This document shows positions 8,839 to 18,935 of a stretch of 64,000 nt of DNA, one piece after another. The position numbers were made by a program, and so were the translations under genes. The stretch covers positions 174,089 to 238,088 of the forward strand of contig CAWDUR010000026.1 of assembly GCA_963805585.1 (NCBI GenBank), read 5' to 3'. Position 1 is the first letter of the stretch; the number at the start of each line of letters is the position of its first letter. The notes beneath the pieces are model-generated. The model had not been told where the DNA came from. It worked only from the letters and a program-made list of their open reading frames with translations, and made no database searches. This DNA is from an uncultured Chloroflexia bacterium. GTDB taxonomy: Bacteria > Chloroflexota > Limnocylindria > Limnocylindrales > CSP1-4.

Positions 8839-10170
8839 TCAGGCCTCCGTCGCTTCCAGGGGCAGGGCTGCCGACGTGGCTTCCTCGACGTGCATCTCGC
8901 GACGGCCGATGCGAGATGGCCAGAGGCCCTCAGGCCGGAAGCGCATCATGAACATGAGTGCGACACCGTAGAAGAGGTAGCGGTACTCGGAGAACTCGCG
9001 GAAGAGCTCCGGCAGGCCGATGAGCACGACGGCGCCGACGATGACGCCCGGGATGCTGCCCATGCCGCCCACCACGACGACAGCCGCCACGTTGATGGAG
9101 ACCACGATGTTGAAGGTGCTCGGGAAGACCGAGCCCAGAAGCCCGACCAGGATGGCCCCGCCCAGGCCCGCGAAGGCGGCGCCGAGCATGTAGGCCAGGG
9201 TCTTGGACTGTACGAGGTTCACGCCCAGGGCCTCTGCCACGTCCTCGTCCTCGCGGATGGCCAGCCAGGCACGACCCAGTCGCGAGGCGCGTAGTCGCCA
9301 GGCCGCGAAGGCGATGAAGGCAGCCAGCGCGAGCGCCACGTAGTAGATCTGGACGGGGCCGTAGAGGAAGTCGGCTGGCTGCGCCTCGATGGGCGGTGGG
9401 ATCTCGGTGATGCCCTGCGGACCACCCAGCCACGGTTTCAGGACGTCCGACTTGATGAGGATGGCGATGATCTCGCCGAAGCCCAGGGTCGCGATGGCGA
9501 GATAGTCGCCGCGGATGCCCAGGATGGGCAGCCCCAGGAAGACGCCGAAGACCATGGCTGCCACGACGCCGAAGGGCACCGCGGCCCACCAGGGCAGGCC
9601 CAGCAATCCGAAATCACCTCCGGACGTCAGCAGGGCCACGGTGTAGGCACCGACCGCGAAGAAGGCCACGAAGCCCAGGTCGAGCAGTCCCGCGAAGCCG
9701 AGTGTGATGTTGAGCCCCAGGCCCATGAGGATGTAGAGCGCGATCATGGCCACCGTCTGGGCCACGAAGGCGCCGCCCATCCAGGGCATGGCCAGGACGA
9801 GCACCAGACCCAGCACCGCCAACGGGATGATCGCCACCTTCCTTCGCTCTTCGGGCATGGCGCGCACGCGCGAGCGCACGCGCAGGCCGGTCCAGGCCAG
9901 GTAGCCAAGGGAGGCGACCGCGACCGTGAGCAGCGCGCCTGCGACGGTCAGGCCCTTGGAGGCGAAGATGGCCCGCGTCTGATCCGCGATGTCACCGAAA
10001 TCGCCGCTCAGCATGCGCTGCCGCGCGAGGCCGGCGAAGAGCCCCACGAGGAGCAAGGCCGTGAGGTTGACGATGACGAGCTCGCGGGCCCGGCGAGGCA
10101 GGAGCGCCAAGACAGCGCCCAGGACGCCACCCAGGACGCCGCCCACCATGGGAATCCAGAATCCGGCCAC
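8839..10170 (-). CDS. livM: branched-chain amino acid ABC transporter permease LivM (core). An additional N-terminal membrane segment is encoded in another frame up to 10564 (ATGA overlap with livH stop), implying a frameshift near 10240
   Basis: 443-aa ORF with LivM-type TM core; frame-A ORF 9992..10564 encodes MSATTMPATSSRTRDAWRGVVNVGLIAGAVVIYLCVVGIVPIF.. and joins the main frame at ..LLSSA/INLRTFLPNASPDLFEV.. Confidence 0.75.
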   Translation of the reverse strand: MAGFWIPMVGGVLGGVLGAVLALLPRRARELVIVNLTALLLVGLFAGLARQRMLSGDFGDIADQTRAIFASKGLTVAGALLTVAVASLGYLAWTGLRVRSRVRAMPEERRKVAIIPLAVLGLVLVLAMPWMGGAFVAQTVAMIALYILMGLGLNITLGFAGLLDLGFVAFFAVGAYTVALLTSGGDFGLLGLPWWAAVPFGVVAAMVFGVFLGLPILGIRGDYLAIATLGFGEIIAILIKSDVLKPWLGGPQGITEIPPPIEAQPADFLYGPVQIYYVALALAAFIAFAAWRLRASRLGRAWLAIREDEDVAEALGVNLVQSKTLAYMLGAAFAGLGGAILVGLLGSVFPSTFNIVVSINVAAVVVVGGMGSIPGVIVGAVVLIGLPELFREFSEYRYLFYGVALMFMMRFRPEGLWPSRIGRREMHVEEATSAALPLEATEA

Positions 10171-10560
10171 GACCGGGTCGCTGCCGAGGGTCAGGACCTC
10201 GAAGAGATCCGGCGAGGCGTTGGGCAGGAATGTGCGCAGGTTGATCGGCGCTGCTCAGGAGGATGAAGGCGGACAGGAAGGCACCGCTGATGAGCCCCGC
10301 CAGCGCGCCGGCCAGGACGCCCGGCACTGGCCCGCGAGGTCCGCGCCGGGCCGCTGCGAAGCCGGCTGCCAGGAAGGTCACCACCAGCGACAGTTGGCCT
10401 AGCGAGATGACGTCCACCACGAGCGGCTGGCCGCTGAAGATGGGCACGATGCCGACCACGCACAAGTAGATGACCACCGCTCCGGCGATGAGCCCGACGT
10501 TGACGACCCCGCGCCAGGCATCGCGGGTCCTGGATGAGGTGGCGGGCATCGTGGTGGCGC

Positions 10561-11505
10561 TCATGCGCGGGTCCTCGAGATGCGCTCACCCAGGATGCCC
10601 TGGGGTCGGAAGATCAGGACGAGGACCAGCAGCGTGAAGGCGATGACGTCCTTGAGCTGGGTGGGCGAGGGTACCCCGAGGCCGTCGAGGAAGAGGATGG
10701 GGCCCACGGACTCGACCTCACCCAGGAACATGCCACCCACCATGGCGCCCGGGATGTTGCCGATGCCGCCCAGGACTGCCGCCGTGAAGGCCTTGATGCC
10801 GGGCAGGAAACCGCTGTAGTAGTTGATCTGGATGAACATCAGGCCGAAGAGCACGCCAGCCACGCCCGCCAGCGCGGCACCGATGGCGAAGGTCATGACG
10901 ATGGCACGGTCCACGTTGATGCCCATGAGGGCCGCCGTGGGAGCGTCTTCCGAGACGGCCCGGATGGCCGTGCCCAGCTTGGTGCGCATCACGAAGAGGT
11001 ACATGCCCACCATCATCAGCAGCGCGGATCCCACGACCACCACGTCCAGCCACTGCAGGCGCAGGGCCTCCGCAAAGGGCAGTGGCACCGGCTCCGACAG
11101 GATGCTGGGTACCGGGTAGGCGAAGACGCCCACGCCCACGATGCCCTTCACCGTGTACTGCAGGAAGTACGAGGCGCCGATGGCGGCGATGAGCATCACC
11201 AGTCGCGGTGAGTTACGCAGCGGGCGGTAGGCGACGCGCTCGATGCCCACGGCCACCAGTGCCGCCACGATGGCCGCCACCAGCATCATCAGCGCGATGG
11301 AGATGATCGAGGCGATAGGGCTGGCGTCGAGGAAGCCGATGTTCTTGAGGAACGTGGCCGTGAAGTAGCCGGCGAAGGCGCCGATCATGAAGACGTCGCC
11401 GTGGGCGAAGTTGATCATGCGCAGGATGCCGTAGACCATCGTGTAGCCGAGGGCGATGAGGGCGTACATGCCGCCCAGTGAGGCGCCGCTGACCAGCAGG
11501 TCCAC
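10561..11505 (-). CDS. livH: branched-chain amino acid ABC transporter permease LivH (GTG start 11505); a further 55-aa TM segment upstream lies in a different frame (11213..11686 ORF), possible N-terminal frameshift
   Basis: MDLLVSGASLGGMYALIALGYTMVYGILRMINFAHGDVFMIGAF.. matches LivH N-terminus; TGA stop 17 codons upstream in same frame. Confidence 0.8.
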   Translation of the reverse strand: MDLLVSGASLGGMYALIALGYTMVYGILRMINFAHGDVFMIGAFAGYFTATFLKNIGFLDASPIASIISIALMMLVAAIVAALVAVGIERVAYRPLRNSPRLVMLIAAIGASYFLQYTVKGIVGVGVFAYPVPSILSEPVPLPFAEALRLQWLDVVVVGSALLMMVGMYLFVMRTKLGTAIRAVSEDAPTAALMGINVDRAIVMTFAIGAALAGVAGVLFGLMFIQINYYSGFLPGIKAFTAAVLGGIGNIPGAMVGGMFLGEVESVGPILFLDGLGVPSPTQLKDVIAFTLLVLVLIFRPQGILGERISRTRA

Positions 11506-11854
11506 CCAGGTATCGATCGGCGTACTTGCCCGACGAGAGGGTCAGGTAGGAGCCCACCACGATGACCAGGACCACGATGATGCGGAAGGCCCACAGGAAC
11601 GCGGCGATGGCCGCATCGAGGGCGCGCTCGTTGGTCTTGGTGCGCGCCGCGGCGCCGTAGTCTCTCGTCGTGGCTTGGCCTGTCATCGTGCGGCCGTGTC
11701 TCTCCTGGAGCTGCGATGTCGGTGCCGGACCACCCTGCGGCCTGCGCTGCTTCAGCGATCAGCCGCGAGACCGGCCTGTGGTTCGGGTGAGTCGCAGCGA
11801 GCCGGGCGGAAGGACCGCCCGGCTCGCCACCTATCTGGTGCGCTTGCAGCAGCC

Positions 11855-13089
11855 CTAGCCGCCGTAGGACCAGATCGGGGCCGCCGGCGGCCAGGCGCCG
11901 CCGACCTCGGCCTCGCCGAGCTGATAGACGGCGATGAGCTGGGCACCGCAGTCACCCGTCGGGGTGCAGGTCAGCGATCCGGTCACGCCAGGGTAGTCCT
12001 TGGTCGCGTACAGCTCGTCGCGCAGGGCACCCTTGGGCACGTAGAGCGTGCCGTCCTCGCCTTCCACCGAGACCTTCTCGATGGCGTTCAGGAGGATGCC
12101 CGCGGCATCGTAACCGTGAGCGTGGAAGGCCTGCGGGGGGTTGATGCCGAACTTGGCCATGTACTTGTCAAGCAGGTCCTGGTAGCCCGCCTGGAAAGCG
12201 CTGAAGTCAGGGCTGGAGAGGTACATGCCATTGGCCGCCGCACCGGCGCCCTTGACCATGTCCGCGGAGAACATGCCGTCCGAGCCGATCAGGGCGACAT
12301 CCTCGAGGCCCGCGACTTCCTTGGACTGGGCGGTCATGAAGCCGCCCTCAGCCGTGAAGATCGGGTAGTAGATGACCTCCGGGCCGGCTGCCGCGACCGA
12401 GGTCAGGACCGGCTTCATGTCGGTCTGGCCGACCTGGATGGCCTCCGAGGCCACGATCTCGCCACCCAGCGCGGCGAACTCTTCCTCGAAGACGCCCACG
12501 AGCGCCTCGGCGTAGGCCGAGCCGTCATGGACGGTGGCAGCCTTGGTCAGGCCCAACTCGTTGTAGAGGAACTCTGCCACGGCCTTGCCTTGGGAGGCGT
12601 CGTTGAAGGCGGTGCGCAGATAACCCGCGTACTCGGGTCCGCGATCCGGCGCGGTCAGCGCCGGGCGCGTGTTGGACGGCGAGATCGTCGTCAGTCCGGC
12701 GTTGGTGATCGCGGCGATGCCGCCCACGGTCTCGTCCGAGCAGGCCGAGCCGATGAGGCCCACGAGACTGGGGTTGGAGGCCAGCTTCTGTGCCGCCGAC
12801 GCGCCACCCTCGGGGCTGCAGGCGGCGTCCTCGGTGATGATCTCGATGGGGTGACCTTTGAGCTCGTTGCCGCGGTCGTCAGCCGCGATGTACATCGAGT
12901 TGACCCAGTCCTGGCCCAGTGAGGCGTTGGCGCCCGACAGGACACCCCAGCCGGCGATGACGACGGGCTCCCCGGCGGGATCTCGACGACGCCGAGCGGG
13001 TCCTCCGGCGCCTGTGCGGAAACGGGCCCTGCCACAGCGACGGCCAGCAGGCCCGCCGCGGCAAAGACACCAAGACTCTTCCTCATCAT
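11855..13089 (-). pseudogene. livK: branched-chain amino acid ABC transporter substrate-binding protein LivK with apparent frameshift near 12965 (signal peptide in one frame, mature domain in another)
   Basis: frame A from ATG 13089: MMRKSLGVFAAAGLLAVAVAGPVSAQAPEDPLGVVEIP; main frame: AGEPVVIAGWGVLSGANASLGQDWVNSMYIAADDRGNELKGHPIEIITED...; break inside run atcccgccggggagccc; GAGGAG SD before 13089. Confidence 0.75.
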
Positions 13090-13817
13090 GGTTCCTGCAT
13101 CTCCTCTTCGTGTCTGCCGCGCCACGGTGACGCCGGTCAGTCCTGTCCCACGTCGTGCCGCGGTCACATCGTCATCGGGTCAGCCAAGGTCGTCCACCCC
13201 GAGCCGGGCTTGCGAGCCGGCACGGGACTCCTCCCGGACACACCCCTCCTACGAGCGGGCCGCACACGTGGCCGCTCAAGCGTTGCGACATGATAGACCG
13301 CTCGCCGGAGCGTGCAAGGTGGCGGCGAGGCTGCGATTCGGTTACGAGGGACGCTTCGGCCACGCACCGGGCGCGGTCGAGGTGCTGAGGTGGTGACAGG
13401 ACGCACCAGCCCGGTGGCTGTCGACGCGCTCCAGCCGACTCTGATATGCCACGCCCGCGGATGGCGCGCCTCAAGTATCATGGCTTAGCGTCGTTCGAAT
13501 GCAAGACGCCCCGAGCGCCCCGGGCGCGTGCGGACTGTGGCCCCAAGCGGTGGCCCTGGAACACCCGGTGCGGCGCGCTCGAGGTCGGTCCGCAAGCCGT
13601 CGGGCGAGTCGGCCGCTTCCATTCGGAGAGGTTCAGTCGCGATCAGACGCCAGCGCCGCACTTGGCTGTTGGCTGTCACAGGAGACCGACACATCAGCAA
13701 CGACCGGACACGACACCCGCGATGCGCGATGGGCGAAGCCCCAGGACGCGACCGTCGCGCTGAGTGTCCCCCCATGCCGGGCCGCTTGCAGCGGTCCGAC
13801 CCACACAGGAGTCCTGC

Positions 13818-15065
13818 GTGAGCAAGAACGTCGCCGTCTTCGTGGACGTGGCGAACATCTTCTATGCGGCCAAGGCCGCCGGCGTCGATATCGACTACGT
13901 CACCCTTCTGAAGTCCGCCACGGCCGGCCGCGACCTCGTGCGCGCCTACGCCTACACGGGCCTCGACCCGGAGAACGAGAACCAGCGGCAGTTCCACGGC
14001 TTCCTGGCCCGCAGCGGCTACAAGGTCGTGAGCAAGGACATCCGCAAGTACGGCGATGGACGCGTCAAGGCCAACCTCGACATCGAGCTCGTGGTGGACC
14101 TCATGCGCATGTCGGACAAGCTGGACATCGCTGTGGTCGTCTCCGGCGACGGTGACTTCGCGCCGGCCATCTATGCGGTCCAGCAGCGCGGGGTCCGGGT
14201 GGAGGTCATCAGCTTCCGCGGCAACACCAGCAGCGACCTCATCGACGCCGCGGACATCTTCATCGACATCAACTCCGTGGCCAAGGTGGAGAAGGGCGTC
14301 CGCAGCGGACGTCGCGTGGCGGCTGAGGGTGACCTCTCCATGACCGAGGTGCCTGACAAGGAATCGGGTGTCGTGCCGCGCCGCCGCCGGCGCGACGGTG
14401 ATGAGAAGCCCGAGCGGCCCACGCGCCGCCGTGGCAGCCAGGCCGCGCTTCCAAGAGACGCGGAGGTTCCCCAGCAGGACGGCGAGCGCCCCAGTGTGGC
14501 TCTCGTGGCGCTGCCGGGTGAGCGCCTCTCGCGGGGACCCGTCCAGATCGTGACGCCCACGGACATCGACGTCGATCTGGACGTGGCTGCGGATGCCGAC
14601 TCGGCGGGCGCTGAGCCGCAGGCGGAGGAGGGTCGTCGCCGACGCCGTCGCCGCGGAGGACGCGGCCGGGGACGCGGTGGCCGTGGTGCCGAGGCTGGCC
14701 CCGCGGGCGAGATCGAGGACAGCGCTGGCGCCACACCCGACGAGCTCGAGGCGGACATCCCGGAGTTCGCGGATGAGGTCCCGCCACTGCCACAGCACTC
14801 GGGCTTCGGGTCCGTCTGGGACAGCCAGATCGGCGTGGCGCCGGAGCGACGACCCGCCGCGCCGGCTTCGCCGCGTGGCGAGGATGCCGTCGACGATCTC
14901 GAGCCGGAGGGTGAGCCGGAGGTGCCCGAGTACCTGCTCGCGGAGAAGCGACAGCAGGATCGACGGCGCGACGGACGTGGAGGCCGCGGTGGCGGCTATC
15001 GCTCGGCCATCGACCGCGAGCGGTACGGCTCGGGCCCAAGGCCGGCCTTCCAGCGGGGCCGGTAA
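13818..15065 (+). CDS. NYN-domain (LabA/PIN-like RNase, COG1432) protein with long disordered RGG/Arg-rich C-terminal tail
   Basis: GTG 13818 preceded by AGGAG; VSKNVAVFVDVANIFYAAKAAGVDIDYVTLL..DIAVVVSGDGDFAPAIYAVQQRGVRVEVISF; tail RRRRRRGGRGRGRGGRG .. DGRGGRGGGY. Confidence 0.7.
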   Translation: MSKNVAVFVDVANIFYAAKAAGVDIDYVTLLKSATAGRDLVRAYAYTGLDPENENQRQFHGFLARSGYKVVSKDIRKYGDGRVKANLDIELVVDLMRMSDKLDIAVVVSGDGDFAPAIYAVQQRGVRVEVISFRGNTSSDLIDAADIFIDINSVAKVEKGVRSGRRVAAEGDLSMTEVPDKESGVVPRRRRRDGDEKPERPTRRRGSQAALPRDAEVPQQDGERPSVALVALPGERLSRGPVQIVTPTDIDVDLDVAADADSAGAEPQAEEGRRRRRRRGGRGRGRGGRGAEAGPAGEIEDSAGATPDELEADIPEFADEVPPLPQHSGFGSVWDSQIGVAPERRPAAPASPRGEDAVDDLEPEGEPEVPEYLLAEKRQQDRRRDGRGGRGGGYRSAIDRERYGSGPRPAFQRGR

Positions 15066-15092
15066 GGCCAGGCAGGAGCGCTGGCTCGGCCC

Positions 15093-15669
15093 GTGAGCGG
15101 CGGTCGCGCCTCGGCGCAGGCCATGGAGCCGATCGAGCAGACCCCAGGTGGCGACCCCTGGAGCGAGGTCCCGCCGGACGTGCAGGAGATGCTGCGCGCT
15201 GAGCTGGCACGCCGGCAGGCCGCCAGCGGTCAGCCATCGGGCCGGCAGCCAGCGACGGGCAGGCGGTCCCTGAGGCCAGCGGAGGCCAGCACGACGCCCG
15301 CAGACGTCGGCACCGGCTGGGTCGGTGGCCCCCGTGGCGTCCGCGTCCGACCGAGGACGCCAAGCCCAAGCGCGCCCCGCGCAAGCGCACCACCCCGCCG
15401 GCCGAGCCCAGCGCTGCGTCCACAGACGTCGGCCCGGCTGAGTCGGCGCCCCCGGTGGCGTCCGCGTCCACCGAGGACGCCAAGCCCAAGCGCGCCCCGC
15501 GCAAGCGCACCACCCCGCCGGCCGAGGCCGGTGCTGCTGCGCCCACAGACGTCGGCACCGGCTGGGTCGGCGCCCCCGGTGGCGTCCGCGTTCGACCGAG
15601 GACGCCAAGCCCAAGCGCGCCCCGCGCAAGCGCACCACCACGCCCGCCGAGGCCAGCGAGGCCTGAGCC
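15093..15669 (+). CDS. hypothetical basic low-complexity repeat protein (EDAKPKRAPRKRTTPPAE repeats); reading frame changes between repeat copies (apparent indels)
   Basis: MEPIEQTPGGDPWSEVPPDVQEMLRAELARRQAA.. then 3 x ~122-bp repeats; TGA 15667-15669 in the frame of copy C, 8 nt before holB ATG. Confidence 0.35.
15306..15669 (+). repeat. tandem direct repeat, ~122 bp x 3 (copies start 15306, 15428, 15550), 1-nt length differences between copies
   Basis: gacgtcggcaccggctgggtcgg...gaggacgccaagcccaagcgcgccccgcgcaagcgcaccacc repeated; seen directly. Confidence 0.85.
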
Positions 15670-15677
15670 CGCCACCC

Positions 15678-16805
15678 ATGGAGGCCGCCGCTGCGTCCAC
15701 GCACGGCGGCCTCTTCCTGACCCACGGTCATGCGGGGCCGCTGGGCGCCGTGGCCGGCTTCGTTCACGGCGAGCGCCCGCCCCACGCCCTGCTGGTCGTG
15801 GGGCCTCGCGGCGTCGGCAAGACCACGCTGGCACTCGACCTGGCGGCGGGACTCTTGTGTGGCGCCGCCGATCCGTTCGCGCGGCCGTGTCGCGCCTGCG
15901 CCGCCTGTCACAAGGTGGCGGCTGGCAACCACCCGGACCTGCATCTCGTCGAGCCGGAAGGGGCCGGCGAGCAGATCCGCATCTCCCAGGTCCAGCAGCT
16001 CGTCTCCGACCTGGCCTTGACGGCCATGGAGGGCCGCTTTCGGGTGGCCATCGTCACGGCTGCACACCGTCTCAACCTCGACGCCCAGAACGCGCTGCTC
16101 AAGACGCTGGAAGAGCCCGGGCCAGCCACCTGCCTGGTGCTCTGCGCGGATGATGCCGCGCTCCTGCTGCCCACCGTGCTCTCGCGCGCGGTGCGAATGC
16201 GCATGGCGCCGCTCCCTATCGAGACGCTGACGCGCCTGCTCGTTGCGGAAGGCTGGGCCGAGGCGTCACAGGCGCGCGCGCTGGCGCTCTCGGCGGGTGG
16301 ACGACCCGGCATCGCGCGCGCGCTCTCAGGACGGCCGGAGGCCCTGCTGGCACGGGCTCGCATCGGTCGCACGCTCCTGGCGCTGGTGACAGCCGACCGG
16401 CGCACAGCGGCTGGGTGCGGCCGCCAGCCTGATCGCGGAGGCGGCCAGCGTGGACGCCGCCATGCGTGGCTCGGTGGCTCCCTCGGCAGCGCGCCTGGAG
16501 CCCGCGGAGCGGCGCCGCGCCGTGCTCGTCATCATCGACGTCTGGCGTGAGCTGGGACGCGACCTCGCCGTAGCTGCCAGTGCCACCGGTCAGCGACGGT
16601 CAGGGCATCCGCGACCTCGACCAGCTGGAGGATCTCCTGGCGCAGGGCCCCTCCACGGACCGAGCCGCACTGCACCTGTTCCTTGACCGACTGGACGGGC
16701 TCATGCTGGCCATCGAGGGCTACGCCAACCCCGAGCTGACGCTCGACCACCTGCTGCTGGCTTGGCCACGAACGCTCGGAGCGGCATCCGAGGGAAGCTG
16801 CATGA
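15678..16805 (+). pseudogene. holB: DNA polymerase III subunit delta' (HolB); apparent frameshifts near 16400 and 16580; no in-frame stop before acyP
   Basis: MEAAAASTHGGLFLTHGHAGPLGAVAGFVHGERPPHALLVVGPRGVGKTTLALDLAAGLLCG..CRACAACHKV..HPDLHLVEP (frame 0); ..VLVIIDVWRELGRDLAVA (frame 1); ..DRAALHLFLDRLDGLMLAIEGYANPELTLDHLLLAW (frame 2). Confidence 0.7.
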
Positions 16806-17113
16806 CCATTCCGCCCGGGCGCCCGGAACGTCTCGTGGTGATCGTCCGGGGGCGCGTGCAGGGTGTGGGCTACCGCTGGTTCGTCCAGCGTGAGGCCTCG
16901 CGACTGCAGCTCCATGGCTGGGTCGCCAACCGATCCGATGGCGGCGTGGAGGTCGTTGCCGAGGGCCGCCCCGAGGAACTCGAGGAGCTCGTCGAGGCTC
17001 TCTGGCAGGGTCCAGCGGGCGCTGATGTCAGGGAGGTGGAGGTCGGCCACGAACCGGCCCGCGGCGGCCTCTCGGGATTCAGCATCCGCAGTGGAGCCCA
17101 CCGCGGCGACTGA
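16802..17113 (+). CDS. acyP: acylphosphatase
   Basis: MTIPPGRPERLVVIVRGRVQGVGYRWFVQREASRLQLHGWVANRSDGGVEVVAEG; 103 aa. Confidence 0.75.
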   Translation: MTIPPGRPERLVVIVRGRVQGVGYRWFVQREASRLQLHGWVANRSDGGVEVVAEGRPEELEELVEALWQGPAGADVREVEVGHEPARGGLSGFSIRSGAHRGD

Positions 17114-17712
17114 CGCCCTGACCCCGGCGCACGTGGCAGAGTGGATCGCGATGCGCTGACGAAGAAGCGTGCCGTTGTAGCGTGGTCAGGATTCGTCTGG
17201 GAAATGCAAGACATCACCCCGCCTCATGCGGTCGCCCTTGAACGGCAAGCGGGCTAGATTCTTCCCGCCCTGTCTCGCAGGCGTGCTTCCGGACCGCATC
17301 CGGCCGCAGCACGTGGACGGTCGCGAGTCCGTCCGGAGGTATCAGCGATCGTCCTTCTGGTCCGACCAGTGCCTCACGCGACATGTCGCGTCCCTGATGA
17401 TCTGAGATGACGGCCTCGCCGCTGTACTGGCTGTGCACCCGGTGTCAGACAGCCAACGCGGTCGGGCTGAGCGCACTGTCGGGCATGCGGGACAGCGCGT
17501 TCCCATGACTCGACCGCTGAAGGCGCCACAGCGTCGCCTCGAATGCATGCGCGACCCGACGCGGGTCCTGGGCTCGCGTCTTCCTCCGCGGCCGGAGGCG
17601 GGCCTCCCCGGCAGCGCCCGTCCATCCCATGCCCCAGGTGCGGGACGCCAGGCTGGAGCGCGATCTTCCCGTGCCCAGGGTGCGGCCTGGACCGGCTTCG
17701 TGGAGCTGGGGG

Positions 17713-18774
17713 TCAGGGGGATCCGACTCCAGTGGCGCCCACCCCTTCCACGCCTGCCCGATCCTCACCTAGGCTGCTCTGGCCGGTGGCAGCCGTGCTC
17801 GTCGCGCTCGTCGTCGTGGCTGCCATCGCCATGAGTGGCTTCGCGCTCACCCCGCGGCCAGGGGGCGACCGGAGTTCGGGGCCTGCGGCCACGGCCACAC
17901 CTGAAACTGGCTCGCCGCGTCCTCTCACCTCCGCAGCGATGTCAAATCCGTCACCTTCACCCGCGATGGCGGACGAGCTGCGAACGATCACGGGCGGGCT
18001 GACGATCCTAGTCTCGTCCTCTGCGGCATCACCGTTCGAAGATGGCCTCGACGCCGGCGGCGGCGGCTTCGGTTTGGGTGTCCGGTCAGGGGTCGGCTCG
18101 GGCGTCGGTGTCGGTGTCATCTCGGGGATAGGTGTCGGCGTGGGCTCGGGCGTCGGTGTCACCTCGGGGATAGGTGTCGGCGTGGGCGCGGCCGCCGGTG
18201 TCGGCGTGGGCTGACTGACGGGTGCAGGGGTGGCTGCGAGCTCCCGTCCGGTGTCGGTGGTGGGCACCGGGGTCGGAGCAGGCGTGGGACCGGGCGGCGG
18301 AGCCGGGTCCGGTGCCTTCGGCTCAGGCAGGTCGAGCGGCACGAACTTCACCGCATCGAAGGCGAGCCAGCGGCGAGCCCCGCGGGCATCGCGCGTCCTG
18401 TCGGTAAGACGCACCTCCGCCTGGCGAGGGAGCCGTTGGATGCCCAAGCTCAGCCAGGACCCGCGACGCTGCCACTGGTCAGCGACCCGGATGGTCCAGC
18501 CATCGACAGTGCGGACCTTGTAGATGGCCCCGCGGCTGGTCACATTCCCGCCGGGCAGCCGGGCCGCATCCCGATATCCGGGCTTGACATGGCGGATGAT
18601 GAGGGGCAGGAGGAAGCGCCGTCCCGCGTCCTCCGCGTACGCCGCCACGGCCGAACCCTCGTCGTGTCGCGCGCTCACGGCCGCATACCCTGGCAGGTGA
18701 TACACGTCGTGGGCATTCGTCGCAAGGACCGCTCGCCATTCAGGCGCGTCGACATCGATGAGACGTGCCTTCAC
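17713..18774 (-). CDS. hypothetical protein: FemAB/GNAT-like N-terminal ~150 aa followed by Pro/Thr-rich linker (PTPTPEPTP..) and Ala/Thr-rich tail; coding status uncertain
   Basis: GTG 18774; MKARLIDVDAPEWRAVLATNAHDVYHLPGYAAVSARHDEG..FLLPLIIRHVKPGY; GC3 ~80% vs ~60% for the opposite-strand ORF. Confidence 0.3.
   Translation of the reverse strand: MKARLIDVDAPEWRAVLATNAHDVYHLPGYAAVSARHDEGSAVAAYAEDAGRRFLLPLIIRHVKPGYRDAARLPGGNVTSRGAIYKVRTVDGWTIRVADQWQRRGSWLSLGIQRLPRQAEVRLTDRTRDARGARRWLAFDAVKFVPLDLPEPKAPDPAPPPGPTPAPTPVPTTDTGRELAATPAPVSQPTPTPAAAPTPTPIPEVTPTPEPTPTPIPEMTPTPTPEPTPDRTPKPKPPPPASRPSSNGDAAEDETRIVSPPVIVRSSSAIAGEGDGFDIAAEVRGRGEPVSGVAVAAGPELRSPPGRGVSAKPLMAMAATTTSATSTAATGQSSLGEDRAGVEGVGATGVGSP
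18085..18214. repeat. tandem ~42-bp simple repeat (ctcggggataggtgtcggcgtgggc...) encoding PT-rich (minus strand) / GVG-rich (plus strand)
   Basis: two near-identical adjacent copies 18121-18162 and 18163-18204 plus degenerate flank. Confidence 0.7.
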
Positions 18775-18935
18775 GCTTGCGCCGCCTTCACGCTACCGCC
18801 GCCCCGGCCACCGAGCACGGCGACGACCTCACGGAGGTGACGACCAGGGTCCGCCTCTTGTGCATACCCGATCTTGGCATTCGGGGCACCCGACTCCGGG
18901 CGGCACGACGACAGGGTGGCCCTTGCAGGAACGTG

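Noticed and set aside
15306-15669. Possible CRISPR array (three ~122-bp repeats)
   Set aside because: Repeats are contiguous with no spacers, far longer than CRISPR repeats, and read as a basic peptide repeat.
13485-16067. 860-aa minus-strand ORF
   Set aside because: Antisense of the NYN gene, the repeat region and holB. Arg-rich junk translation.
17543-18214. Plus-strand ORF with Cys-x2-Cys..Cys-x-Gly-Cys element, TM helix and GVG repeats
   Set aside because: GC3 only ~60%, several ATA/GGT/CGA codons, and the two CxxC-like motifs derive from a repeated nucleotide motif (tgcccMaggGtgcggS). Kept only as an ambiguity in the findings.
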